Positions 8,523 through 17,914 of a stretch of 20,889 bases of DNA are shown here, piece after piece. Location of the stretch: assembly GCA_038217285.1 (NCBI GenBank), contig JBBQPO010000083.1:1-20889 (forward strand). The letters run 5' to 3'. The stretch's first letter is position 1; every line of letters starts with the position of its first letter. The notes under the pieces were generated by a model. That model was not told the origin of the DNA. It made no database searches and saw only the letters and a list, made by a program, of their open reading frames with translations. The translations under genes and the position numbers were made by a program. This stretch comes from Chthonomonadales bacterium. GTDB taxonomy: Bacteria; Armatimonadota; Chthonomonadetes; Chthonomonadales; Chthonomonadaceae.

Positions 8523-9129
8523 ACGTCTGCTCTCTCTGGGACTCCTTACCGTTGGCGGCGGCCTGCTGAGCGGCTGCGTGTCCGACACGATGTGGGACAC
8601 CTCCCGCCTGAAACCGCTGGAGAAGAGCCCTGCCTATCCCGGTGGCTCTCCGGTATTTGCAAATCAGACGTCCGCTCGTCTGCCTGTCGCGGATACGGTG
8701 GCACGCGGCCAGGCGCATACTGATCTGCCGCTCTACGAAGGGCGGGAGCATACGCTGGGACGCCCGCTGGTCACGACGTTCCCCTATGCGATCACGCAAA
8801 AAACGCTGGATCGGGGGAAAGAGCGGTTCAACATCTACTGTTCGCCCTGCCACGGTAGAACAGGGGACGCCAACGGCATGATCGTGCAGCGCGGATTTTC
8901 GGCGCCGCCCTCCTACTTCCTGCCCCGCCTGCGGCAGGCCCCGGTCGGGCACATTTATGACGTGATTACCAACGGGTATGGCGTCATGTACAGTTTCAAC
9001 GATAAGGTGCAACCCGAAGATAGATGGGCGATTGTCGCATACATCCGGGTGCTTCAGGCGACGCGCCCCGTCGCTACGCCGAAAACTCTTCCTGCTGCTG
9101 TCAATTCGGGAACAGGAGCCACGCCATGA
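8515..9129 (+). CDS. actE: Alternative Complex III monoheme cytochrome c lipoprotein ActE
   Basis: Signal peptide with LLSGC lipobox (Cys21), TVARG, single CSPCH heme motif, ITNGYGVM (distal Met), DRWAIVAYIR.LQ. Confidence 0.94.
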   Translation: MLKRLLSLGLLTVGGGLLSGCVSDTMWDTSRLKPLEKSPAYPGGSPVFANQTSARLPVADTVARGQAHTDLPLYEGREHTLGRPLVTTFPYAITQKTLDRGKERFNIYCSPCHGRTGDANGMIVQRGFSAPPSYFLPRLRQAPVGHIYDVITNGYGVMYSFNDKVQPEDRWAIVAYIRVLQATRPVATPKTLPAAVNSGTGATP

Positions 9130-10478
9130 CTTCCACGCCCTTCTACGTCATCCTCCTGAACGGCTGGCGGCGCAGGTCGCTCCTCGTGGGCGGCGTCCTG
9201 ACGTTCGCCGCGCTGCTGGGCGGGATATTCGCTCCCAAGCTGTTCTTTCCGGCCTATCTCTACGCCTATCTGTTCTGGCTGGGGCTCGCACTGGGCAGTC
9301 TGGCGCTCGCCATGCTCCATCATCTGACCGGAGGAGGCTGGGGCTTTGTGATTCGCCGTATTCTGGAGGCGGCGTTCGGGACGCTGCCGTTGTTGGCGCT
9401 GCTATTCCTCCCTGTGCTGTTCGGACTGCATACGCTCTATCCCTGGGCCGACGCCGCCCGCGTCGCTGCCGACCCGATATTGCGTGACAAACACGGAATG
9501 TTTGGCCTGCCTTTCTTTCTCGCGCGCACCCTCTTCTATTTTGTCGTCTGGATCGCACTCGCCCGTACAATGCGCCGCTGGTCGCTGGAACAGGATCGAA
9601 CCGGCGAACCGGCCTTGACGGCGCGGTTTCAAACCTGGTGCGGCCCCGCGCTGATACTCTATGTGTTCACGGTGTCGCTGGCGGCAATCGACTGGATCAT
9701 GTCGCTGGAACCGCGCTGGTTCTCAACGGTCTTCGGCGCTCTGATCGTCGCCGGACAGGGGCTGAGCGCGCTGGCGTTCGCCATCCTGGTCGCGCACCGG
9801 CTCGCGGTCGTGAGCGCGGACGAAGCGCCGCAAGAGGAGGCGAAAGAGAAGCAGAGTTTCCTGAGAAGGCTCTTTGCTTCTTCCGAAGAGAGATCCCGCC
9901 GCTATGAAGACAATGTGAACCTGACGGCGAACATTCATTCCCCGAAGATGACGACGGCGCCTACGCTGGATACCCAGCTTGCACCGTTCTGGCAGGACCT
10001 GGGAGGGATGCTGCTGGCCTTTGTACTGCTCTGGGTCTATATGGGCTATTCGCAATATATCATCATCTGGTCGGGCGATCTGCCGTCCGAAACCGTTTTC
10101 TACCTGCACCGGCAGCAGGGCGGATGGAAAGTCTTCGCCTGGGGGCTGATTCTGCTGCACTTCGCGGTCCCTTTCGTGCTGCTGTTGTTCGGTGGTATTA
10201 AGCGTCGCGGGGGCGGGTTGACCTGGATCGCCGCTCTCCTGGCGCTCTCGCATCTGCTCTACTATTTCTGGCTCGTAGAACCGAAGTTCTACACGCAGGG
10301 CTTCGGCTTTAGTTGGCTGGACCTCGTGACTCCGCTGGCTATAGGCGGTTGGTGGATGGCCGTGTTCTGCACCGGTCTCCGAAGCGCCGCTCTGATTCCG
10401 CTGCACGATCCTCGTATGCAGACGCCGAAAGCGGCCGCCGAAGGACGGAAGGCGCAGGAGGAGCTCAATAATGGCTGA
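9126..10478 (+). CDS. actF: Alternative Complex III membrane subunit ActF
   Basis: HHLTGGGWG..IRR.LEA, LYPW, IDWIMSLEP.WFSTVFG, DLG.MLLAFV.LW.Y..YSQYIIIWSGDLP.E; about 10 TM segments. ATG 9126 forms an ATGA overlap with the actE stop. Confidence 0.93.
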   Translation: MTSTPFYVILLNGWRRRSLLVGGVLTFAALLGGIFAPKLFFPAYLYAYLFWLGLALGSLALAMLHHLTGGGWGFVIRRILEAAFGTLPLLALLFLPVLFGLHTLYPWADAARVAADPILRDKHGMFGLPFFLARTLFYFVVWIALARTMRRWSLEQDRTGEPALTARFQTWCGPALILYVFTVSLAAIDWIMSLEPRWFSTVFGALIVAGQGLSALAFAILVAHRLAVVSADEAPQEEAKEKQSFLRRLFASSEERSRRYEDNVNLTANIHSPKMTTAPTLDTQLAPFWQDLGGMLLAFVLLWVYMGYSQYIIIWSGDLPSETVFYLHRQQGGWKVFAWGLILLHFAVPFVLLLFGGIKRRGGGLTWIAALLALSHLLYYFWLVEPKFYTQGFGFSWLDLVTPLAIGGWWMAVFCTGLRSAALIPLHDPRMQTPKAAAEGRKAQEELNNG

Positions 10479-11160
10479 GAGCACGGGCATAGCCCTCTCA
10501 CAGATGAACCTGGAGACGGGTTTGGCCCAGGACGCCTTGCGTGACGAACTTCCTCAGGGCTATCCCGACACGCAGGCCAATCACCTCCATGAGGAGCGAG
10601 ATGCCAATCTTCGAATCATCACGTTGACTACAGCAGGCATGGGAGCACTGGGGATCGGGATGTTTGTGGGGCTATGGCTGCTGCTCGGGCTCTTCACGCG
10701 AATCCCGGCGACTCCAGACGCGCCGATCTCGCCGTTGGCTCTGAACCTCCCTCCTCCTCCGGCCCCGCGGATCGAGGATGCTACTCCGCAAAACTACCAG
10801 ATCTTCCTGAGTTCGGAAGAGCATTGGCTCCATAGCTCCGGGCCGCTTCCGGCGGAGAATCACTCCCCGAACACCATGGCAGACAGTACGGGAGCAGTGA
10901 CCCCGCTTTCCAATCCGGGGCCAGGAGTTGTCGGTCCCGGAGGAGAGCAGTTCCCGGTTGGAACCACACATATCTCTCTGGAGCAGGCGGAGGTTGGGCT
11001 ATTGCAGCGCGGCTTCGACACGCGCCCTCAAACCGGTACGACGCCTTTTCCGCAGCAGGCGCCTGCCGGCGGCCTGGGCAAGCCGGAAAGCCTGCCTCTG
11101 GGCATGCAGCCGACGGGAACGTATCGCGCGGATGTAGGGCCGCAGGGGAAAAACCCATGA
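10471..11160 (+). CDS. actG: Single-TM protein at the ActG position of the ACIII operon (ActG-like), Pro/Gly-rich
   Basis: HEERDANLR before one TM helix, then PPPPAPRI and a later HISLEQA segment resembling the HIPI..AM pattern of ActG-like proteins. GGAGGAG RBS; overlaps actF and the oxidase subunit II gene. Confidence 0.7.
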   Translation: MAESTGIALSQMNLETGLAQDALRDELPQGYPDTQANHLHEERDANLRIITLTTAGMGALGIGMFVGLWLLLGLFTRIPATPDAPISPLALNLPPPPAPRIEDATPQNYQIFLSSEEHWLHSSGPLPAENHSPNTMADSTGAVTPLSNPGPGVVGPGGEQFPVGTTHISLEQAEVGLLQRGFDTRPQTGTTPFPQQAPAGGLGKPESLPLGMQPTGTYRADVGPQGKNP

Positions 11161-12356
11161 AGAGTGGATGGAAGGCCGTTGTTTCGTTGGGAACCGCGTC
11201 CCTCGCGCTGTTTGCCGCAGCGCAGGTTCGGGCACAGGAGTCGGGCTTTCGGTGGCAGCCGGAGCAGGCCAGCAAAATCGCGCCGCGCGTCGATCTGCTC
11301 TTCGACTTCCTGCTGGTCGTTTCCGGGCTGATCGCCGGCGGCATCTGTTTGCTGATCGTGATCTTCGTCTTCAAATACCGGCGCGGAAATCCGGCGGATC
11401 GCTCGAACCCGCCCACCAAAAACTGGAAGCTGGAGAGCGCCTGGATCGCCATTCCTATCCTGCTGTCCCTCTTCACATTCGTCTGGTCGGCGCGCCTGTT
11501 TTACGACGAGTATGCGGAACCGGCTGGATCAATCAATATCAATGTGGTTGGACAGCAATGGTTCTGGGAGATGCAGCATCCGGAAGGGCCACGTGAGATG
11601 GACGAACTGCACATTCCGGTCGGCAAACCCATCAAACTCACGCTCTCATCTCAGGACGTGATCCACGACTTTTACGTGCCAGCTTTCCGTGTCAAGCAGG
11701 ACGCTCTGCCGGGGCGGCTGACCACGATATGGTTTACCGCGACCCAACCGGGGCGTTACCATCTGTTCTGTGCGCAGTACTGCGGCACGCAGCACTCGAA
11801 TATGGGTGGCTGGGTCTACGTGATGGAGCCCGGTGACTTTGAGCACTGGCTCACCCATACCAAACCGCAGCCCTCCCTGGCGGAGGCCGGAGAGAAACTG
11901 TTCGTTCAGTTCAGTTGCGCGGGCTGTCACGGTTCCCATGCGGCGGTTCGCGCGCCTTCACTGGATGGGATCTACGGGAAAACTGTGCCGCTGGCCGACG
12001 GCAGCATGGTCCGAGTCGACGATCGCTATCTCTATGACAGTATCGTGCTGCCCGGTGCACAGGTCGTAGCAGGATACCAGAATATCATGCCGACTTATAA
12101 GAACTCACTCACGCAGGCCCAACTGATGGAACTTGTGGCTTACCTGCGCTCCCTCGGCGGCCAAACCGCCCATGAGAAGAGTCTGGACACAGGCGATGCA
12201 ACGACGCGACAGTCGATTCGCGAACAGCAGCAGCGCGCCCTCGAAACGCAACAGGAAGATCAGGAGATGCAGCCTCGCCAGACGCCTTCGGACGCGATGC
12301 CGTCTGGAGATAAGAATCTGCGTCCTCTCCCGCAGGAAAGGAAGTCCCTTCCATGA
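11157..12356 (+). CDS. coxB: Cytochrome c oxidase subunit II with fused C-terminal cytochrome c (caa3 type)
   Basis: PEQAS..A..VD, two TM helices, GQQWFW, CuA site DVIHDF...[12 protein letters not shown], then CAGCH heme c motif and GYQNIMP. Confidence 0.96.
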   Translation: MKSGWKAVVSLGTASLALFAAAQVRAQESGFRWQPEQASKIAPRVDLLFDFLLVVSGLIAGGICLLIVIFVFKYRRGNPADRSNPPTKNWKLESAWIAIPILLSLFTFVWSARLFYDEYAEPAGSININVVGQQWFWEMQHPEGPREMDELHIPVGKPIKLTLSSQDVIHDFYVPAFRVKQDALPGRLTTIWFTATQPGRYHLFCAQYCGTQHSNMGGWVYVMEPGDFEHWLTHTKPQPSLAEAGEKLFVQFSCAGCHGSHAAVRAPSLDGIYGKTVPLADGSMVRVDDRYLYDSIVLPGAQVVAGYQNIMPTYKNSLTQAQLMELVAYLRSLGGQTAHEKSLDTGDATTRQSIREQQQRALETQQEDQEMQPRQTPSDAMPSGDKNLRPLPQERKSLP

Positions 12357-14296
12357 GCAAAGACAGCAAACCTGAAATCCCGTTTCTGAAGTGGATTGGG
12401 GCCTGCCTGGCAGCCGTCTTCGGTGTGCAGGCATTGCGTCGTATTCTGCGCGCACTCTCCCCCTCGCAGGAAACGACCCCATTACCGGCTCAAGGCGCTG
12501 CATTACCTATTTCCGCGCGACCGGAAAAGGCCGAGGATGTACTCATGCCGCCGCTCTCGACGCCTGTGGAGGAGCCGGAAAACTACCTGAACACCAGCTA
12601 TAGCCTGAAATCATGGCTGTTGACGACCGATCATAAACGCATAGCGATCCTGTATGCGTTTATGATCACCTTCTTTTTCTTCGTGGGCAGTGCGGCGGCA
12701 GCATTGATTCGGCTGCAACTGACAACACCGCAGGGGCATCTGGTTCAGCAACAGACCTATAATAAACTGTTCACCATGCACGGCGTAATCATGGTCTGGT
12801 TTTTTCTTATTCCTGCCCTTCCGAATACGCTCGGCAATTTTCTGCTCCCTATGATGATCGGGGCACGGGATCTCGCCTTTCCCAAGCTGAACCTGTTCTC
12901 CTGGTACCTGTTTGTCGCGGGCGGCCTGTTCACGCTGTTCGCCATCCTGACTGGCGGCGTCGACACCGGATGGACCTTCTACACGCCGCTCTCCACCCAC
13001 TATGTGCATACGAAGGTGATGCTGACAGCGGCAGGTGTGTTCGTCTCCGGGTTCTCTTCGATCCTGACAGGACTGAACTTCATCGTCACCATTCATCGCC
13101 TGCGCTGCAAAGGCATGACCTGGTTTCGGCTGCCAGTGTTCGTCTGGACGCTGTATGCCACGAGTCTGATTCTCGTGCTGGGTACGCCTGTTCTGACCAT
13201 CACACTGATCCTGATGGGGCTGGAGCGGCTTTTCGGTATCGGGGTGTTCGATCCGGCTCTCGGCGGCGATCCGCTGCTGTTTCAGCATCTGTTCTGGTTC
13301 TATTCGCACCCTGCGGTCTACATCATGATTCTGCCGGGCATGGGCGTCGTCAGCGAGATCATTCCCTGCTTTGCGCGCAAAAAGCTGTTCAGTTATAAGA
13401 TGGTGGCGCTGGCGGGCATGGGAATCGCCATCTTCGGTTTTCTGGTCTGGGGCCATCACATGTTTGTATCCGGGCAGTCGATGTATGCGGACATGACGTT
13501 TTCGCTGCTCAGTTATCTGGTCGCCATTCCATCGGCAATCAAGGTGTTCAACTGGACCGCTACGCTCTACAAAGGTTCCATCTGGCTGAGCGCACCGATG
13601 TTGTACGCGCTGGGCTTCATCGGACTGTTTACGATCGGAGGGTTGAGCGGGTTGTTTCTGGCCTCGCTTCCGGTCGATGTCGCCGTCCATGACACCTATT
13701 TTGTGATCGCACATTTTCACTTTATCATGGTAGGCGGCATGGTGACGGCCTATCTGGGCGGCCTTCATTTCTGGTGGCCCAAGATTACCGGGCGGATGTA
13801 TCCGGAGAAGCTGGCGCAGCTCTCCGCTCTGTTGATTTTCTTCGGCTTCACGCTCACCTTCCTGCCGCAGTTTTTGCTCGGGCGGTTGGGAATGAATCGT
13901 CGTTACTACCACTATGCGCCGGAATTCCAGATGCTGAACGTTCTCTCCACGGCCGGGGCGTCCATTCTTGCAGTCGGGTATCTCTCTCCTTTTTCATATC
14001 TGCTTTGGTCGGCGAAATACGGCAGGCGTGTGTCGAACAATCCCTGGGGAGCGACCGGCCTTGAATGGCAGACCGCCTCCCCGCCGCCCACATTTAACTT
14101 TAGCGCGACGCCCCTGGTGACCCAGGGGCCGTACGAGTACAATCCGGAAGACGCGGAGCGCGAACTGAAACGGGATCTCGCCATTCTACAGTCCGACGCT
14201 TCTGTTCCGAACGGAGCCCGCTTCGCCGAACGCCACCAGGAGGCGCAGGATACCGCCGCACCAACTACGGAGGCGCAGGATGAGCAAAAGCACTGA
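12353..14296 (+). CDS. coxA: Cytochrome c oxidase subunit I, heme-copper oxidase family A2
   Basis: [40 protein letters not shown] (YS motif), [34 protein letters not shown]. Start is either 12353 (ATGA overlap) or ATG 12545 (GAGG RBS). Confidence 0.97.
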   Translation: MSKDSKPEIPFLKWIGACLAAVFGVQALRRILRALSPSQETTPLPAQGAALPISARPEKAEDVLMPPLSTPVEEPENYLNTSYSLKSWLLTTDHKRIAILYAFMITFFFFVGSAAAALIRLQLTTPQGHLVQQQTYNKLFTMHGVIMVWFFLIPALPNTLGNFLLPMMIGARDLAFPKLNLFSWYLFVAGGLFTLFAILTGGVDTGWTFYTPLSTHYVHTKVMLTAAGVFVSGFSSILTGLNFIVTIHRLRCKGMTWFRLPVFVWTLYATSLILVLGTPVLTITLILMGLERLFGIGVFDPALGGDPLLFQHLFWFYSHPAVYIMILPGMGVVSEIIPCFARKKLFSYKMVALAGMGIAIFGFLVWGHHMFVSGQSMYADMTFSLLSYLVAIPSAIKVFNWTATLYKGSIWLSAPMLYALGFIGLFTIGGLSGLFLASLPVDVAVHDTYFVIAHFHFIMVGGMVTAYLGGLHFWWPKITGRMYPEKLAQLSALLIFFGFTLTFLPQFLLGRLGMNRRYYHYAPEFQMLNVLSTAGASILAVGYLSPFSYLLWSAKYGRRVSNNPWGATGLEWQTASPPPTFNFSATPLVTQGPYEYNPEDAERELKRDLAILQSDASVPNGARFAERHQEAQDTAAPTTEAQDEQKH

Positions 14297-14936
14297 AAAA
14301 GTTGTTGTGCTCGGCGAACAGTTCGACACGCCGGAGCAGCAGGATGCGGCCTCGCAGATGGGGATGTGGGTCTTTCTCAGCACCGAAATAATGCTGTTCG
14401 GCGGGCTGTTTCTGGCGTTCACTGCGACCCGTCTGGCATTTCCTCTAGCCTTCCAGCTTGGCAGCCGCCACACCGAGTTTGTACTCGGAACCGCGAATAC
14501 CGCCGTGCTGCTCCTCAGCAGTCTGACAATGGCGCTGGCGGTTTCGGCCTCGCACCGGGGCGCACGCAAGCCGCTCGTCCTGCTCCTGCTGCTGACGATG
14601 GCGCTGGGAGCCCTGTTTCTGGGCATCAAAGGCTACGAATACTATGGTGACTGGCAAAAGCATCTCATTCCGGGCGAAAACTTCGTCTGGAATGAGCCAC
14701 AGCCGCAGCATGCGCAACTCTTCTTTCTATTCTACTTCTTTATGACGGGCCTGCATGCCGTCCACCTGACGGTAGGGATCGGAGTGGTAGCCTTCGTCAC
14801 TTTCGTGGCGTGGCGGCGCGGATACAACGCGACTTACAATACACCGGTGGAAGTGACCGGCCTTTACTGGCATCTGGTGGATCTGGTATGGATTTTTCTG
14901 TATCCGTTGCTGTATCTGAACGGCAGACATCCCTGA
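14280..14936 (+). CDS. coxC: Cytochrome c oxidase subunit III (short, 5-TM type)
   Basis: [70 protein letters not shown]. Confidence 0.95.
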   Translation: MSKSTEKVVVLGEQFDTPEQQDAASQMGMWVFLSTEIMLFGGLFLAFTATRLAFPLAFQLGSRHTEFVLGTANTAVLLLSSLTMALAVSASHRGARKPLVLLLLLTMALGALFLGIKGYEYYGDWQKHLIPGENFVWNEPQPQHAQLFFLFYFFMTGLHAVHLTVGIGVVAFVTFVAWRRGYNATYNTPVEVTGLYWHLVDLVWIFLYPLLYLNGRHP

Positions 14937-14966
14937 CAACAACATCAGAGAGCGAAGCGTGGTGAT

Positions 14967-15332
14967 ATGACGGACACGATAGACAGTGCGCAGCACAAAG
15001 GGGGAGAAGAGATGGAAGCGACAGAGGAGCAGGCGAAGGCAAAACAACCCCCGTTATGGCTGCATCTGCTCGTTGGCGTGTCGCTGTTGGCGCTCTTGGC
15101 GGCAACCGCAGGGGCTGCATTCTTACCTCTGGGCAGATTCAGCACCCTGGTGGCCGTCGGCATCGCGGTTGCCAAAGCGACCTTGATCTTGTTGTACTTC
15201 ATGAACCTGCGTTTTGGAGACCGCCGGCTATGGCTTGTCGCCGGAGCCGCGTTTGCCTGGTTGTCGATCCTGTTCGTATTAAGCATGAGTGACTTTCTGA
15301 CACGGGGTTATCTGCATATTCCCGGTAAGTGA
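14967..15332 (+). CDS. coxD: Cytochrome c oxidase subunit IV family protein
   Basis: Three TM helices with IAVAKATLILLYFMNL (cf. K..LV...FMHL) and D..TR. An alternative start at ATG 15012 has a better RBS (AAGGGGGAG). Confidence 0.9.
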   Translation: MTDTIDSAQHKGGEEMEATEEQAKAKQPPLWLHLLVGVSLLALLAATAGAAFLPLGRFSTLVAVGIAVAKATLILLYFMNLRFGDRRLWLVAGAAFAWLSILFVLSMSDFLTRGYLHIPGK

Positions 15333-15337
15333 TCCTT

Positions 15338-15430
15338 ATGAGCGAGCACTATGACATCATCATGGTCGGCACGGGCGACGGAGGCGGCACGTTGGCGCAC
15401 GAACTGGCCCTGGTCACCTTTCCCGCCTGA
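15338..15430 (+). pseudogene. Truncated N-terminal remnant of an FAD-dependent (GMC-family-like) oxidoreductase
   Basis: Not in the ORF track. Translates as MSEHYDIIMVGTGDGGGTLAHELALVTFPA*: an N-terminal YD-hydrophobic-GxGxxG-helix FAD-binding motif typical of GMC oxidoreductases, ending after 30 aa. Confidence 0.75.
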
Positions 15431-15441
15431 AAGCGAAAATT

Positions 15442-17883
15442 ATGACTTCCTCCATCCACTATGCCCCAGGCTGGCCCGGAATTTCGGCGCGCTGGACTTC
15501 CAGCGCGAAGACCGGTCTTGGCACGGCGCTCAGCGGCAAGAGCCGCATCTGGTTCACGCTGAGCCACGGCATTTTCAACGAGATCTATTTCCCCCGAATC
15601 GATCAGGCCTGCATCCGCGACATGGGATTGATCGTCACCAACGGTGTCGATCTGTTCTCCGAGGAGAAACGTGCCGCCGACTCCGTCGTGTCCTGGCTGG
15701 CCGAGGGTGTTCCGGCATTCCAGTTGGTCAACACCTGCCGTGATGGCCTCTACCGTATCGAAAAACAGGTGTTGACCGATCCGCAGCGGGATACGGTGCT
15801 GCAGCAGGTCCGGTTTATCGCGCAGCAAGGCGCACTGTCCTACTATCGCCTGCATGTCCTGCTCGCACCGCATCTGGGCAACCAGGGCGCCGGCAATACC
15901 GCCTGGGTGGGCGAATTCGAGGGTACGTCGCTGCTGTTCGCGCAGCGGGATGGCAGCGCCCTGGCGCTGGCATGCTCCGTACCGTGGCTGAAGCGCTCTG
16001 TCGGCTACGTCGGCTCGTCCGACGGCTGGCAGGACCTGCAGGCCCACAAACAGATGACATGGGAATACACGCGCGCGGAGAACGGCAACGTGGCCCTGAC
16101 TGCGGAGATCGACCTCGCTCAGTCTCAGGGAGAGTTCGTGCTTGCCCTCGGTTTTGGCAGTGACCCGAACGAAGCGGCTCGCAATGCCATTGCCAGCCTT
16201 CACGACGGTTTCGACACGGCGAAACAGGCCTATATCTCCGGATGGCAGGAGTGGATCGAGACGCAGACATCCCTGCAGCAAAGCGGAATCAATCCCGGCG
16301 ATCTTTCCCATCAGAGCCTCGCCGTCCTGCGCCTCCATGAGTCGAAGATCGCGCCGGGCGGTCTTATCGCCAGCCTCTCCATCCCGTGGGGATTCAGCAA
16401 GGGCGACAACGATCTGGGCGGCTACCATCTTGTATGGTCGCGCGACATGGTGGAGACGGCAGGCGGTCTGCTCGCCGCCGGGGTCCATGAGTCTGCACGC
16501 CGTATGCTCTCTTATCTGCAGGCGACGCAGTTACCGGACGGGCACTGGTCGCAGAACATGTGGCTGGACGGCTCGCCCTACTGGGACGGAATCCAGATGG
16601 ACGAGACGGCTATGCCGATCCTCCTGGTGGACTTGGCCCGTCGCGAACAGGCGTTGACCGAGGCCGATGTGGCGCACTTCTGGCCGATGGTACGGCAAGC
16701 CGCAGGCTACCTGGTCCGCAACGGCCCGGTCAGCCCGCAGGACCGCTGGGAGGAAGATCCCGGCTATTCGCCGTTCACCGTCGGAGCGGAAATCGCCGCG
16801 TTGCTGGCGGCGGCGGATCTTGCCGATCTGAATCAGGAAGCCCCCCTCGCCAACTATCTGCGCGAGATAGCCGATGTGTGGAACACCTCTCTCGATCGCT
16901 GGATGTACGTATCCGCGACGGACTGGTGCCGGAAGTTCGATGTCGGTGGCTACTACGTTCGGATCGCTGCGGAGAACACTCCGGAAGGCGGGGAGCAGAT
17001 CCAGAAGAGCGTGCATATCAAGAATGTCGCCGCCGCCGAGGATACGCGCCTTGCCCGGCACCTGGTGAGTCCCGACGCGCTGGCCCTCGTGCGTTTTGGA
17101 CTGCGTGCCGCCGACGATCCGCGCATGCGCGACACGGCAACCGTCCTCGATGCCCTGCTCAAGGTGGAGACACCCTCTGGCCCCCTCTGGCACCGCTATA
17201 ACGACGATGGCTATGGTGAACATGCGGACGGGACGCCGTTTGACGGCACGGGGATCGGCCGTGGCTGGCCGCTGCTCACCGGTGAGCGCGCCCACTATGA
17301 ACTGATGGCAGGCCGTGTCGAAGACGCTAGACGGCTTCTTACCGCCATGGAATCCTTCGCCAACCCAAGCGGTCTGATCTCGGAGCAGGTGTGGGACTCT
17401 CCGGACTTGCCGGAGCGCGAACTCTATTTCGGGAAGCCTTCCGGTTCCGCGATGCCGCCCGTATGGGCGCACGCCGAGTATCTCAAACTGTGCCGCTCCC
17501 TGCACGACGGCAAGGTATTCGACCTGCCGCCGCAGACCGTGCAACGCTACCTGATCGAGAAGACGGTCTCCCCGCGCCTGGTCTGGCGGTTCAACCACAA
17601 GATTCGCTCTTTGCCGCCAGGCAAAATACTGCGCATCGAGACGCTGGCGCCTGCCGTTATTCACTGGACTGCCGATGATTGGAAAACTTGCCATGACCTG
17701 AAGACCCACGATGCCGGACTGGGGATTCACACGGCCGATCTTCCGATTACGGCACTCCCCGAAGGCAGACAGGTCCAGTTCACCTTCTACTGGCCGGACG
17801 CCGATCATTGGGAAGGCAAGGACTTCGTGGTCTGCATCGCTGCCTGGCGCGGGGCCGCAAGCATTATGAAGGCAAGAAAATGA
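15442..17883 (+). CDS. Glucoamylase / glucan 1,4-alpha-glucosidase, GH15, with N-terminal glucodextranase-like domain and short C-terminal domain; no signal peptide
   Basis: APGWPGI..RWTSSAK.G.G, IASLSIPWG, GGYHLVWSRD, QMDETA, QDRWEE (catalytic acid region), RYNDDGYGE, GRGWPLLTGERAHYE, GLISEQVWD (catalytic base region). Confidence 0.93.
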   Translation: MTSSIHYAPGWPGISARWTSSAKTGLGTALSGKSRIWFTLSHGIFNEIYFPRIDQACIRDMGLIVTNGVDLFSEEKRAADSVVSWLAEGVPAFQLVNTCRDGLYRIEKQVLTDPQRDTVLQQVRFIAQQGALSYYRLHVLLAPHLGNQGAGNTAWVGEFEGTSLLFAQRDGSALALACSVPWLKRSVGYVGSSDGWQDLQAHKQMTWEYTRAENGNVALTAEIDLAQSQGEFVLALGFGSDPNEAARNAIASLHDGFDTAKQAYISGWQEWIETQTSLQQSGINPGDLSHQSLAVLRLHESKIAPGGLIASLSIPWGFSKGDNDLGGYHLVWSRDMVETAGGLLAAGVHESARRMLSYLQATQLPDGHWSQNMWLDGSPYWDGIQMDETAMPILLVDLARREQALTEADVAHFWPMVRQAAGYLVRNGPVSPQDRWEEDPGYSPFTVGAEIAALLAAADLADLNQEAPLANYLREIADVWNTSLDRWMYVSATDWCRKFDVGGYYVRIAAENTPEGGEQIQKSVHIKNVAAAEDTRLARHLVSPDALALVRFGLRAADDPRMRDTATVLDALLKVETPSGPLWHRYNDDGYGEHADGTPFDGTGIGRGWPLLTGERAHYELMAGRVEDARRLLTAMESFANPSGLISEQVWDSPDLPERELYFGKPSGSAMPPVWAHAEYLKLCRSLHDGKVFDLPPQTVQRYLIEKTVSPRLVWRFNHKIRSLPPGKILRIETLAPAVIHWTADDWKTCHDLKTHDAGLGIHTADLPITALPEGRQVQFTFYWPDADHWEGKDFVVCIAAWRGAASIMKARK

Positions 17884-17914
17884 GATTGCCGGTATCCGGC
17901 AAAAGGAGCATTCC

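Noticed and set aside
12611-13912. Long antisense ORFs (e.g. 12611..13912, 7596..8600, 15349..16488, 16531..17958, 17864..18910)
   Set aside because: They lie opposite well-supported genes, are expected from GC-rich codon bias, and show no family motifs.
15351-15743. 130-aa plus-strand ORF
   Set aside because: Out of frame with both the GMC stump and the glucoamylase that it overlaps; no motifs.
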